From: Clostridia bacterium
GTDB taxonomy: Bacteria > Bacillota > Clostridia > Oscillospirales > CAG-272
DNA length: 64,000 bases
Direction: 5' to 3'
Assembly: GCA_017464805.1 (NCBI GenBank)
Contig: JAFTYE010000016.1
Span: 180,167 to 244,166 of the forward strand
Each line of letters starts with the position of its first letter. Position 1 is the stretch's first letter. A program made the translations under genes and the position numbers. A model generated the notes under the pieces. That model did not search any database. It had not been told where the DNA came from and saw only the letters and a program-made list of their open reading frames with translations. Shown one piece after another: positions 5,864-15,679 of this stretch.

Positions 5864-7246
5864 ATGACAAATCAGGAAATACAGGCGATACTGGAAAAAC
5901 AAAGACAGTTTTACAGAAGTGGGGCAACCATACCTGTTAAATTCCGCATACAGCAGCTCAAAAGGCTATATGCGGTCGTCAAAAGGTATGAGATCGAGAT
6001 CAACGATGCCTTGAAAACTGACCTCGGTAAAAGCCATTACGAAGGCTTTATGTGTGAATGTGGTCTCGTTCTGACGGAGATTGGCTACATGATCAGACAC
6101 GTGCGGAAATTTGCTAAAGCCAAAACTATCCATACACCGCTTGCACAATTCCATTCGCACAGCTATAAGCACCCGACCCCCTACGGGAATACGTTGATCA
6201 TGAGTCCATGGAACTATCCTTTTCTTTTGACGCTTGATCCCTTGGCAGATGCCATTGCCGCAGGGAATACGGCAATCGTCAAACCGAGTGCCTATTCACC
6301 CGCCACAAGCAAAATAGTGGAAAAAATCCTCAACGAATGCTTTTCTCCCGAGTATGTGGCGGTGGTCACGGGGGGTAGAGCCGAAAATGCCGCTCTGCTC
6401 GAACAAAAATTCGATTTTGTATTTTTCACCGGTAGTCAGGCGGTAGGAAAAGAGGTGCTTCGTCATGCGGCAGAGCATCTGACCCCGGTCGTTTTGGAGC
6501 TGGGGGGAAAAAGCCCTTGTATCGTGGATGCAAGTGCCAATGTCAAGCTGGCCGCGAGGCGCATCGTGTTTGGCAAATATCTCAATTGCGGGCAGACCTG
6601 CGTCGCTCCCGATTATGTCCTTTGCGAGCGTTCTGTTAAGGATCGTTTTTTGGCGGAGGTTGTCAAGCAGATCAAATTGCAGTACGGAGATGAACCCCTT
6701 GCCAACATACATTACGGCAAGATCATCAATGAAAAGCACTTTGACCGCCTTTACGGCTTGATCGATGCAAAAAAGGTCATTGTCGGCGGTGAAGCAGATA
6801 GGGAAAGCTGCCGAATCGCCCCCACCGTCATGGATGGTGTGACTTATGACGATGCCGTTATGGGTGAGGAGATCTTCGGCCCCATCATGCCGATTTTGAC
6901 CTTTGAGAGTTTTGATGCCGTGGTTGAAGAGCTCAAAGAAAAGGATAAGCCACTTGCGCTCTATTTGTTTTCAAGCGACAAGACGCATGTTAGAAGGGTA
7001 AGGACCGAGCTTTCCTATGGCGGCGGATGTATCAACGATGTTGTTATTCACCTCGCTACAAGCGAAATGGGCTTTGGCGGCGTTGGAGAAAGCGGTATGG
7101 GCAGCTATCACGGCAAGGACGGCTTTGATGCTTTTTCCCACTATAAATCAATCGTGGATAAAAAGACCTGGCTTGATCTCCCTATGCGCTATCAGCCCTA
7201 TAAGAGCAAGCTTTTCGAAAAGCTGTTGCATCTTTTCTTGAGATAA
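5864..7246 (+). CDS. class-3-type NAD(P)+ aldehyde dehydrogenase
   Basis: ELGGKSP and catalytic-Cys motif GQTCVAPDY. GGAGA SD favours the ATG at 5864 over the track start at 5849. Confidence 0.9.
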   Translation: MTNQEIQAILEKQRQFYRSGATIPVKFRIQQLKRLYAVVKRYEIEINDALKTDLGKSHYEGFMCECGLVLTEIGYMIRHVRKFAKAKTIHTPLAQFHSHSYKHPTPYGNTLIMSPWNYPFLLTLDPLADAIAAGNTAIVKPSAYSPATSKIVEKILNECFSPEYVAVVTGGRAENAALLEQKFDFVFFTGSQAVGKEVLRHAAEHLTPVVLELGGKSPCIVDASANVKLAARRIVFGKYLNCGQTCVAPDYVLCERSVKDRFLAEVVKQIKLQYGDEPLANIHYGKIINEKHFDRLYGLIDAKKVIVGGEADRESCRIAPTVMDGVTYDDAVMGEEIFGPIMPILTFESFDAVVEELKEKDKPLALYLFSSDKTHVRRVRTELSYGGGCINDVVIHLATSEMGFGGVGESGMGSYHGKDGFDAFSHYKSIVDKKTWLDLPMRYQPYKSKLFEKLLHLFLR

Positions 7247-7253
7247 ACCGATG

Positions 7254-7283
7254 AAAACGCGGCGCGGAAGTGCCGCGTTTTTT
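7254..7283 (+). terminator. Rho-independent terminator
   Basis: ACGCGGC-loop-GCCGCGT followed by TTTTT. Confidence 0.8.
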
Positions 7284-7412
7284 GCCTGTCTGAAGGATTT
7301 GCCTTGATGATGTATTTTTCATAAATTTGAGAAAAATGGCGTTTTTTTGTACTTTTTGATATCTTTTTTCGAAAAAAATAATAAGAAAGTGGAGCAAAAC
7401 CCTAAAAATCAG

Positions 7413-7441
7413 TTGAAATTCTTTTCCGGATACGCTATAAT
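7413..7441 (+). promoter_or_regulatory. sigma-A promoter TTGAAA-17-TATAAT for the glycogen operon
   Basis: -35 at 7413-7418 and -10 at 7436-7441. Confidence 0.65.
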
Positions 7442-7476
7442 TATATATAGTAATAAATATTAAGGAGGCTGGTGTC

Positions 7477-9390
7477 GTGTTGGAAAAGAACCGTTCTTTG
7501 ACAGGCGAGGATCAAGCCCCCTATTTTTTTCATCAGGGCACGAATTTTTACGCCTATCGCTACCTCGGTGTTCACCGTGAACGGCAAAGCGACGGCCACC
7601 GATATACCTTCCGCGTGTGGGCACCGCATGCCATAGCCGTTTACGTGGTCGGGGATTTCAACGGCTGGCAGGAAGATGCTCCGATGCACCGCGTAAGTGA
7701 CGGTGGAATTTTTGAATATTCATTCGACACAATGATCCCGATCGAAGGGCAGTGTTACAAATATCGCATCCACTCCGACACGGGTGTACACGATAAAGCA
7801 GACCCTTATGCCGCGGCCTCCGAGACGCTTTCCAAGACCGCCTCGGTCATCTGCACCGAAACATCGCACAAATGGACGGACGCCGCTTGGATGCGTCACC
7901 GCCGTGCCATCGCTGATAAAAAGCCCTTTTATAGCGCTCCCATGAATGTGTATGAGGTGCACCTCGGCTCGTTTTTGACGCGTGAGGGCAGGGAAAACAC
8001 GAGCGGCAATGCCTATCTCTCCTACCGTGAGCTGGCGGATCATCTTGCCTCTTATCTTTCGCAAATGGGCTACACGCACGTGGAGCTCCTTCCAATTACC
8101 GAACACCCCCTTGACGAGTCCTGGGGCTATCAGGTATGTGGATATTTTGCCCCTACCGCACGTTTCGGCATGCCCGATGATTTCCGTTACTTCGTCAACA
8201 CCATGCACCGTCACTGCATCGGTGTGATCCTTGACTGGGTCCCTGCTCATTTTCCGAAAGACGAGCATGGTCTTTATGAGTTTGACGGCGTGCCCCTGTA
8301 CGAATATCAGGGCAAGGACCGTCAGGAAAGCCGCAGCTGGGGAACGCGCTTCTTCGATGTGGGGCGCGAGGAGGTGCAGTCCTTTTTGATTTCCTCGGCA
8401 CTCTATTGGTTGCGGGAGTTTCATATTGATGGCCTGCGTGTGGATGCCGTGGCAGCTATGCTTTATCTCGACTTCGACCGCGAGCCTGGCGAATGGGTTC
8501 CCAATGTCTACGGTGATAACAAAAATCTCGAGGCCATTGCCTTTTTTAAAAAGCTTAACACTGCCATCTTTGCGGAGTTTCCCGATGCCCTAATGATTGC
8601 TGAGGAGTCAACCTCCTGGCCAATGATCACCAAACCCGTGTCGGACGGGGGGCTGGGCTTTAATTTCAAGTGGAATATGGGCTGGGCGAACGATATGTTC
8701 TCCTACCTCGAAACCGATCCCGTCTACCGTATGTACCACCATGACAAGCTCACTTTCTCGCTCGTCTACGCGTTCAGCGAGAACTATGTTCTGCCCGTGT
8801 CACACGACGAGGTCGTGCATGGCAAGAAGTCACTACTAGATAAATGCTTTGGAGAATATGAGCAAAAATTCGCCACCGCCCGCACCTTCTATGCCTACAT
8901 GATGGCGCACCCCGGTAAGAAAATGACCTTTATGGGCTCTGAATATGGACAGTTCCGCGAATGGGATTTCAAAAATCAGTTGGAATGGTTTATGTGCGAC
9001 TATCCCCGTCATGATCAGCTACGTCGGTGCGTGGCCGCACTGAATCGCCTGTATCTGTCCGAGCCATGCCTGTGGGCGCGGGACTTCTCCTGGGACGGCT
9101 TTCGCTGGATATACGCCGACCGCCGCGAGGATAACGTGGCCGCCTTTGCCCGTATGGATGGTGAGGGGAACGAGGTCGTGGCCGTGTTCAACTTCTCCCC
9201 ATGTGTAAGGGAAAAATACGAAATCCCCACGCTTGCGGCAGGGGAATATAAAATTCTGATCAACACCGATGACGCACGGTTTGGTGGTGTGGGTACACCA
9301 CTTGAAGCATGTCGCATCGTGGGCAGGGACGGCGTTCTGCGCCTGACACTCCCTGCTATGTGTGCTGTGTATTTTAAGAAAATTTTTTGA
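7477..9390 (+). CDS. glgB: 1,4-alpha-glucan branching enzyme
   Basis: GTG start 8 nt after AAGGAGG. GH13 signatures include GVILDWVPAHF and IDGLRVDAV. Confidence 0.95.
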   Translation: MLEKNRSLTGEDQAPYFFHQGTNFYAYRYLGVHRERQSDGHRYTFRVWAPHAIAVYVVGDFNGWQEDAPMHRVSDGGIFEYSFDTMIPIEGQCYKYRIHSDTGVHDKADPYAAASETLSKTASVICTETSHKWTDAAWMRHRRAIADKKPFYSAPMNVYEVHLGSFLTREGRENTSGNAYLSYRELADHLASYLSQMGYTHVELLPITEHPLDESWGYQVCGYFAPTARFGMPDDFRYFVNTMHRHCIGVILDWVPAHFPKDEHGLYEFDGVPLYEYQGKDRQESRSWGTRFFDVGREEVQSFLISSALYWLREFHIDGLRVDAVAAMLYLDFDREPGEWVPNVYGDNKNLEAIAFFKKLNTAIFAEFPDALMIAEESTSWPMITKPVSDGGLGFNFKWNMGWANDMFSYLETDPVYRMYHHDKLTFSLVYAFSENYVLPVSHDEVVHGKKSLLDKCFGEYEQKFATARTFYAYMMAHPGKKMTFMGSEYGQFREWDFKNQLEWFMCDYPRHDQLRRCVAALNRLYLSEPCLWARDFSWDGFRWIYADRREDNVAAFARMDGEGNEVVAVFNFSPCVREKYEIPTLAAGEYKILINTDDARFGGVGTPLEACRIVGRDGVLRLTLPAMCAVYFKKIF

Positions 9391-9405
9391 TGGGAGGCAA
9401 CTAAC

Positions 9406-10629
9406 ATGTTCAAGCGTAAGGAGTGCGTTGCCATGCTACTCGCCGGAGGACAGGGTAGCCGCTTGTATACCCTCACGGAGAAAACCGCAAAGCCCGCAGT
9501 CCCTTTCGGCGGAAAATACCGCATCATTGACTTTCCTCTGTCTAACTGTGTTAATTCGGGTATTGATACGGTCGGTGTGCTGACGCAGTACCAGCCCCTC
9601 GTTCTCAACGAATACATAGGTAACGGCCAGCCCTGGGACCTTGACCGTTCCTCGGGCGGCGTGATGGTTCTTCCTCCTTATCAGGCAAAGGATGGTGCCG
9701 CCTGGTATAAGGGCACCGCCAATGCCATCTACCAGAATCTCAATTTCATTGAACGGTACGATCCCGAATATGTTCTCATCCTTTCGGGTGACCATATCTA
9801 TAAAATGGATTACAGTGCCATGATTGCCTACCACAAGGAAAAGGGTGCAGACTGTACCATCGCCGTCTTTGACGTTCCGATCACGGAGGCAAGCCGTTTC
9901 GGCATTATGAACACTGATGACACTGGTCGCATCGTGGAATTTGAAGAAAAGCCGAGGCAGCCAAAGAGCACGCACGCTTCCATGGGCATCTACCTCTTCA
10001 ACGCCAAGCTTCTCACAGAGTACCTTGTGCGCGATGAGGCGGATTCCGCCTCCTCAAACGACTTTGGCAAAAACATCATCCCAACCATGCTCGCGGAAGG
10101 GAAACGTATGTATGCCTATGCCTTCTCGGGTTATTGGAAGGATGTCGGCACGATCAAGAGCCTGTGGGATGCCAACATGGATCTGCTTGGCGAGTATCCC
10201 ACCTATGATCTCTACGATCGCCATTTTCGCATCTATTCCCGTACACCCGCCCTGCCACCCCAGTATATCGGTGAGGAGAGCGTGGTGCATAATGCCATCA
10301 TTTCCGAAGGTAACGATATCTGCGGTACGGTGGAAAATTCCGTCCTGTTCAGCGGTGTAACCGTGGAGGCAGGGGCTGTTGTCCGTAATTCCGTAGTCAT
10401 GTCGGGTTGTACCGTCAAAAGCGGTGCCACTGTGTCTTATGCCATTCTGGACGAGGATGTGGTGATTGATTCGGGTGCTATTGTTGGTGCCATCGCCGCC
10501 GAGGGCGAGGAGCAGGAGATCGCCGTGGTCGGAAACGGCGTTCACATTCGCGCAGGCGATATCGTCGCCATGGGCGAGATGCTGGGCGCGGCAGAATACG
10601 CAAAAAAGCAGGGAGGTAACGAGGTATGA
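9406..10629 (+). CDS. glgC: glucose-1-phosphate adenylyltransferase, catalytic subunit
   Basis: LAGGQGSRL...[16 protein letters not shown]-terminus and a left-handed beta-helix C-terminus. Confidence 0.95.
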   Translation: MFKRKECVAMLLAGGQGSRLYTLTEKTAKPAVPFGGKYRIIDFPLSNCVNSGIDTVGVLTQYQPLVLNEYIGNGQPWDLDRSSGGVMVLPPYQAKDGAAWYKGTANAIYQNLNFIERYDPEYVLILSGDHIYKMDYSAMIAYHKEKGADCTIAVFDVPITEASRFGIMNTDDTGRIVEFEEKPRQPKSTHASMGIYLFNAKLLTEYLVRDEADSASSNDFGKNIIPTMLAEGKRMYAYAFSGYWKDVGTIKSLWDANMDLLGEYPTYDLYDRHFRIYSRTPALPPQYIGEESVVHNAIISEGNDICGTVENSVLFSGVTVEAGAVVRNSVVMSGCTVKSGATVSYAILDEDVVIDSGAIVGAIAAEGEEQEIAVVGNGVHIRAGDIVAMGEMLGAAEYAKKQGGNEV

Positions 10630-11765
10630 TGAGCGCGGCGGGCATTATCTTTTCCAACATTCATGACAAAAGCATCGCGGATCTGACCAAAAGAAGAACA
10701 ATGGCCTCCGTCCCCTTCGGTTGCCGTTACCGTCTGGTTGACTTTCCGCTTTCCAACATGGTCAACTCGGGCATCACCAATATTTCGGTGATCACCCACT
10801 ATAACTACCTCTCCTTAATGGAGCATATCGGTTCGGGTAAGGATTGGGACCTGGCGCGCCGAAGCGGCGGTATCCGCATCCTTGCCCCCTTTATCACGGC
10901 CTATGCCAACTATAACAATGAGCTTTATAAGACTCGACTGGAGGCTCTGATGAGCATCCAGCACTCAATCTCTACGATGAAAGAGGACGTGGTCGTTCTT
11001 TCGGACTGCGACGGCATCTGTAACATTGACCTGCGAGAGATGGTGCGTGCGCATGAGGAAAGTGGCGCGGATTTGACCATGGCGGTGAAGAGAATTGTTA
11101 TCACCGAACAGAATGTCAACGACAATATCATCGTGTCCTCCGACGAGGCAGGACGTCTGACCGATATTCTCGTGCACCCGCACACTTATGATGGTACCGA
11201 GGCGGATGTGAATATCAATATCTGGGTCATCAACCGCACCTATTTGCTCAATGCCCTCATGAACGCGCAGGCGCACGGCTATAATAGCTTCAGTCGCGAT
11301 ATCATCAGCCGCAATATCGGTAAAGATAAGCTCTTTATCTATCGCTTTGACGGATACTACGCTTCCATCAACTCGATCACCGATTACTACAATTACAGTA
11401 TGGAGCTGCTTCGTGACGCGAAGGTACGCCACGATCTATTCAATAACCCGCGTCGCCCCATTTTGACCAAGGTTCGAAACTCCGCCCCCACCAAGCATGC
11501 GGCAGGGGCCCTTGTCAAGAACTCCCTGATCGCTGATGGCTGCGTGATCGAAGGAACGGTGGAAAACTCCATCCTCTTTCGCGGTGTCAAGATCGGAAAG
11601 GGCACGGTGGTCAAGAATTCTATCCTCTTCATGGATACCTACACGGGTGAGAATGTGCATCTCGATTGCGTGATCGCGGATAAATACGTTCTGTTCCATG
11701 ACGGTGTGCATCTAGCTGGCCACCCCTCGCTTCCGTTCTGCGTGGAAAAGGGACGTTCTCTCTAA
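10626..11765 (+). CDS. glgD: glucose-1-phosphate adenylyltransferase, GlgD regulatory subunit
   Basis: A GlgC paralog lacking the GGxGxR loop ([14 protein letters not shown]...[12 protein letters not shown]). It overlaps glgC by 4 nt (ATGA). Confidence 0.9.
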   Translation: MMSAAGIIFSNIHDKSIADLTKRRTMASVPFGCRYRLVDFPLSNMVNSGITNISVITHYNYLSLMEHIGSGKDWDLARRSGGIRILAPFITAYANYNNELYKTRLEALMSIQHSISTMKEDVVVLSDCDGICNIDLREMVRAHEESGADLTMAVKRIVITEQNVNDNIIVSSDEAGRLTDILVHPHTYDGTEADVNINIWVINRTYLLNALMNAQAHGYNSFSRDIISRNIGKDKLFIYRFDGYYASINSITDYYNYSMELLRDAKVRHDLFNNPRRPILTKVRNSAPTKHAAGALVKNSLIADGCVIEGTVENSILFRGVKIGKGTVVKNSILFMDTYTGENVHLDCVIADKYVLFHDGVHLAGHPSLPFCVEKGRSL

Positions 11766-11788
11766 TGAATAAAAAGGATGATTTGGAT

Positions 11789-13219
11789 ATGAAAAAAATT
11801 CTGATCGTAGGTGGCGAGGCCGTTCCGTTTGCCTCCACGGGCGGACTGGGGGATGTCATGGGCTCTCTCCCCGAGGCTCTTGCTCAAAGCGGTGCGGACG
11901 TGCGTGCCGTCATGCCCCTTTACAGTAGTATCGACGACACCTATCGCGCGAAGATGGAAAAGGTCTGTGAATTTACCGTGCACCTCGCATGGCGCCGCCA
12001 GTATTGTGGTGTGTATGCCTACAAAAATGGATCTGCCACGTATTATTTCATTGATAATGAATATTATTTCCGCCGTAGCAGCATCTACGGACAGTATGAT
12101 GACGGCGAACGCTATGCCTTTTTCTGTCATGCCGTGTTGGATATGCTGCCGCTCATCGGCTTTTTTCCGGACGTGTTGCACGCAAACGACTGGCAGGCGG
12201 CCATGACCGTTATTTACCTCAAACAAAAATACGGAGCCGATCAACGCTACGGTGACATAAAAACCGTGTACACCATCCATAATATTGATTATCAGGGAAT
12301 CTTCGATTTTGCTATTTTAGGGGATGTGTTTGATCTGCCCGCCGAGGCGCGTCCATGCGTGGAATTTGACGGCTGTATCAACCTCACCAAGGGGGCGATG
12401 GTCTGCTGTGATCGCTTGACTACCGTCAGCCGCAGTTACGCGGGTGAGTTGCAATCTCCCTATTTCAGCGGACGTCTTTCCGCCATCATTCACCAGCAGG
12501 AATACAAAATGCACGGCATCGTCAACGGAATCGATACGGATTACTACAATCCCGACGGAGATCACGATCTCAAATTCTCCTATTCCATCGAAAATATGGC
12601 AGGGAAGGCAGAGAACAAGGCAGACCTGCAACGTATGTTTAGCCTCGCCGAATCCCCCACAACTCCCGTTGTCGCCATGATCTCCCGCCTTGCCTCGCAT
12701 AAGGGCTTTGACCTTGTGCGTTGCGTGCTGGAGGAAATGCTACAGTGGAATATTCAGTTCGTCCTTCTCGGAACGGGCGAAAAGGAGTTAGAGGACTATT
12801 TCTCCGACCTCGCGCGTCGTTATCCCGGTAAGGTCGGCGTGATGCTCGCCTTTAATAAAGCCATCGCTAAACAGGTCTATGCAGGCTCGGATATTTTCCT
12901 CATGCCCTCCAAGAGTGAGCCTTGCGGTCTTTCCCAGATGATCGCCTCAGCTTACGGTACCGTGCCTGTGGTACGTGCCATCGGCGGTCTGCGCGATACC
13001 ATCCATCCCTATAACCCTGAAACGAAAGAAGGGAACGGCATTACCTTCGCTTCCTACAACGCGCACGATATGATGGACGCGGTGCGCCGTGCAGTCGATC
13101 TGTTTGAGAGCGAGAAGGACTGGAGGGCTCTTGTGCATAATGCTATGACAGTAGATTTTTCGTGGAGCGCATCTGCTGCAGGATATCTGTCAATTTATAA
13201 AGATTTAATTGAAACTTAA
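11789..13219 (+). CDS. glgA: glycogen synthase (ADP-glucose type)
   Basis: MKKILIVGGEAVPFASTGGLGDV matches the KTGGL-type motif. The ATG at 11789 gives the typical N-terminus, though the upstream ATG at 11765 remains possible. Confidence 0.92.
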   Translation: MKKILIVGGEAVPFASTGGLGDVMGSLPEALAQSGADVRAVMPLYSSIDDTYRAKMEKVCEFTVHLAWRRQYCGVYAYKNGSATYYFIDNEYYFRRSSIYGQYDDGERYAFFCHAVLDMLPLIGFFPDVLHANDWQAAMTVIYLKQKYGADQRYGDIKTVYTIHNIDYQGIFDFAILGDVFDLPAEARPCVEFDGCINLTKGAMVCCDRLTTVSRSYAGELQSPYFSGRLSAIIHQQEYKMHGIVNGIDTDYYNPDGDHDLKFSYSIENMAGKAENKADLQRMFSLAESPTTPVVAMISRLASHKGFDLVRCVLEEMLQWNIQFVLLGTGEKELEDYFSDLARRYPGKVGVMLAFNKAIAKQVYAGSDIFLMPSKSEPCGLSQMIASAYGTVPVVRAIGGLRDTIHPYNPETKEGNGITFASYNAHDMMDAVRRAVDLFESEKDWRALVHNAMTVDFSWSASAAGYLSIYKDLIET

Positions 13220-13231
13220 AGGAAGTAAAGA

Positions 13232-15670
13232 ATGAGAACTCTCCCCCCAAAATCCGAACTCAAGCAAATGCTCGTCAGCAAGCTTTCCCGTTATTTCGGC
13301 GTGACACCCGAGGAAGCAAGTGAGGAGCAGGTCTACAAATCCGTCATCCTCGTGACCAAGGACATCCTGACGCAGAAGCGTGCCGATTTCAAGGTTAATG
13401 TGAAAAAGCAAGAGGCGAAAAAGGTCTACTATCTGTGCATGGAATTCCTCATCGGCCGTTGTCTCAAAAACAATCTCTGCAACCTTGGCATCGATGATGC
13501 CATGCAGGACATCGTGTCCGAACTTGGCTTCTCGCTTGACACCCTCTATACCCATGAGCCCGACCCGGGTCTTGGCAATGGCGGTCTCGGCCGTCTTGCT
13601 GCCTGCTTCATGGACAGCCTAACGACCCTTGATTATTCCGCCACTGGCTTCTCTATCCTTTACGAATACGGCTTTTTTAAGCAGAAGATTATCGACGGCG
13701 ATCAGGTAGAATTGCCCGATGTCTGGATGCCTGGCGGTGATGTTTGGCTCGTTCCGCGTACCGATAAGGCCTGCACTGTCCGCTTTGGCGGCCGCGTGAA
13801 GGAGATCTGGGAAAATGACCGCATGCACGTGCAGTACACCGACTATGAGGAGGTGCAAGCCGTGCCCTATGATATGATGACCTCGGGTGCGGATTGTGAG
13901 GCAGTCAACAGCCTTCGCCTGTTCAAGGCAAGAAACATCACCAACTTCAACATGAAGCTCTTTTCGCAGGGCGAGTACGTGCGTGCGATGCAGGAAAGCA
14001 ACAACGCGGATGTGATATCCAAGGTGTTGTATCCCGCCGATAACCACACGGAAGGGAAGCTACTTCGCCTCAGCCAGCAGTATTTCCTTGTGTCGGCATC
14101 TCTGCAAAGCATCATTGCCGACCACCTACGTGCCTACGAGTCGCTTGCGAACTTCTCGGATAAGGTGGCCATTCATATCAACGACACCCACCCGGCCCTG
14201 GTTGTACCCGAGCTGATGCGTCTGTTCGTTGATGAGCATGGTATGACCTGGGACGATGCGTGGGCTACCGTGAAGGCAACCGTGTCCTATACCAATCACA
14301 CGGTCATGCCCGAGGCACTGGAAACCTGGAACGAAGACCTCTTCAAGCTTCGTCTGCCTCGAATTTTCGCCATAATTTGCGAAATTAACCGCCGCTTCTG
14401 TGCCGATCTGTGGAACCGCTATCCAGGCGATTGGGACCGCATTTCCCGTATGTCGATTTTGAATCACGGAAGCGTGCGTATGGCAAACCTATCGGTTGTC
14501 GGCTCGCATACCGTCAACGGTGTGTCCCGTCTGCACTCGGATATTTTGAAAAAGACCATCTTCTCGGATTTCTATCATTTCGAGTCGCATAAGTTTACCA
14601 ACGTTACAAATGGCATTGCACACCGTCGTTGGCTTTGCTATGCCAACCCCGATCTCTCCGCACTCCTCTCCGAATGTATTGGCGACTGCTTCAAAAAGGA
14701 GCCCGAGCGTCTGTCGGACTTTCTCAAATTCAAGGATGATGAGGCCGTTCTTTCCCGCCTACACGATATCAAACGGCGCAACAAGGAGCGCTTCGCTTAC
14801 TACGCTTACCAGCGTAACGGTGTGCGCTTGGATCCGGATTCGCTCTTTGACGTGCAGATCAAGCGCATGCACGAGTATAAGCGTCAGCTTCTGAACGTCC
14901 TGCGCATTATCTCCCTGTACCATGACCTGAAAGCGAACCCCAATCTCGACATCCGTCCGCAGACCTTTATCTTTGGCGCAAAGGCCGCTCCCGGCTACTA
15001 TATGGCCAAGCAGATCATTAAGCTCATCAATCAGATCAGCCGCGAGATCGAAAAGGATCCGCGTATTCGTGAAAAGATTCGAGTGATCTTTATGGAGGAC
15101 TACAACGTCAGCGTGGCAGAGGTCCTCATTCCTGCGGCCGACCTGTCGGAGCAGATCTCCCTTGCCGGTAAGGAAGCCAGTGGCACCAGTAACATGAAGC
15201 TCATGATTAACGGTGCCTTGACCATCGGCACGCTGGACGGCGCGAACGTGGAGATCCACGAGGCAGTCGGTGACGAAAATTGCTATATCTTCGGCCTGAC
15301 TACCGAGGAGGTAGACGATTTGTGGAAGCACGGGTATGTATCTGCCAACTATTATAACGCGAATCCGAAGATCAAGGATGTCATGGATACCCTAACCGTA
15401 GGCTTTGGCGGACAGTCCTTTGCGGAGTTTTCCAACTATCTCGTCATGGGCGCGGGCGTGCCCGATCCCTATATGTGTCTTGCGGATTTTGATTCCTATT
15501 ACCAGGCACACGAGTGTGCCATCGCCGATTATGCCAAGCAAGCGGAATGGTGCCGTAAGTCCTTGGTGAACATCGCCTCGGCAGGCATTTTCGCCGCCGA
15601 CCGCAGTATCCGCGAATATGCCGAGAACATCTGGCGCATCCAACCCATCCACGAAAAGAACAATCCGTGA
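13232..15670 (+). CDS. glgP: glycogen/maltodextrin phosphorylase
   Basis: EPDPGLGNGGLGRLAAC and the PLP-site motif EASGTSNMKLMINGALTIGTLDGANVE. Confidence 0.95.
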   Translation: MRTLPPKSELKQMLVSKLSRYFGVTPEEASEEQVYKSVILVTKDILTQKRADFKVNVKKQEAKKVYYLCMEFLIGRCLKNNLCNLGIDDAMQDIVSELGFSLDTLYTHEPDPGLGNGGLGRLAACFMDSLTTLDYSATGFSILYEYGFFKQKIIDGDQVELPDVWMPGGDVWLVPRTDKACTVRFGGRVKEIWENDRMHVQYTDYEEVQAVPYDMMTSGADCEAVNSLRLFKARNITNFNMKLFSQGEYVRAMQESNNADVISKVLYPADNHTEGKLLRLSQQYFLVSASLQSIIADHLRAYESLANFSDKVAIHINDTHPALVVPELMRLFVDEHGMTWDDAWATVKATVSYTNHTVMPEALETWNEDLFKLRLPRIFAIICEINRRFCADLWNRYPGDWDRISRMSILNHGSVRMANLSVVGSHTVNGVSRLHSDILKKTIFSDFYHFESHKFTNVTNGIAHRRWLCYANPDLSALLSECIGDCFKKEPERLSDFLKFKDDEAVLSRLHDIKRRNKERFAYYAYQRNGVRLDPDSLFDVQIKRMHEYKRQLLNVLRIISLYHDLKANPNLDIRPQTFIFGAKAAPGYYMAKQIIKLINQISREIEKDPRIREKIRVIFMEDYNVSVAEVLIPAADLSEQISLAGKEASGTSNMKLMINGALTIGTLDGANVEIHEAVGDENCYIFGLTTEEVDDLWKHGYVSANYYNANPKIKDVMDTLTVGFGGQSFAEFSNYLVMGAGVPDPYMCLADFDSYYQAHECAIADYAKQAEWCRKSLVNIASAGIFAADRSIREYAENIWRIQPIHEKNNP

Positions 15671-15679
15671 GGTTTTTTC

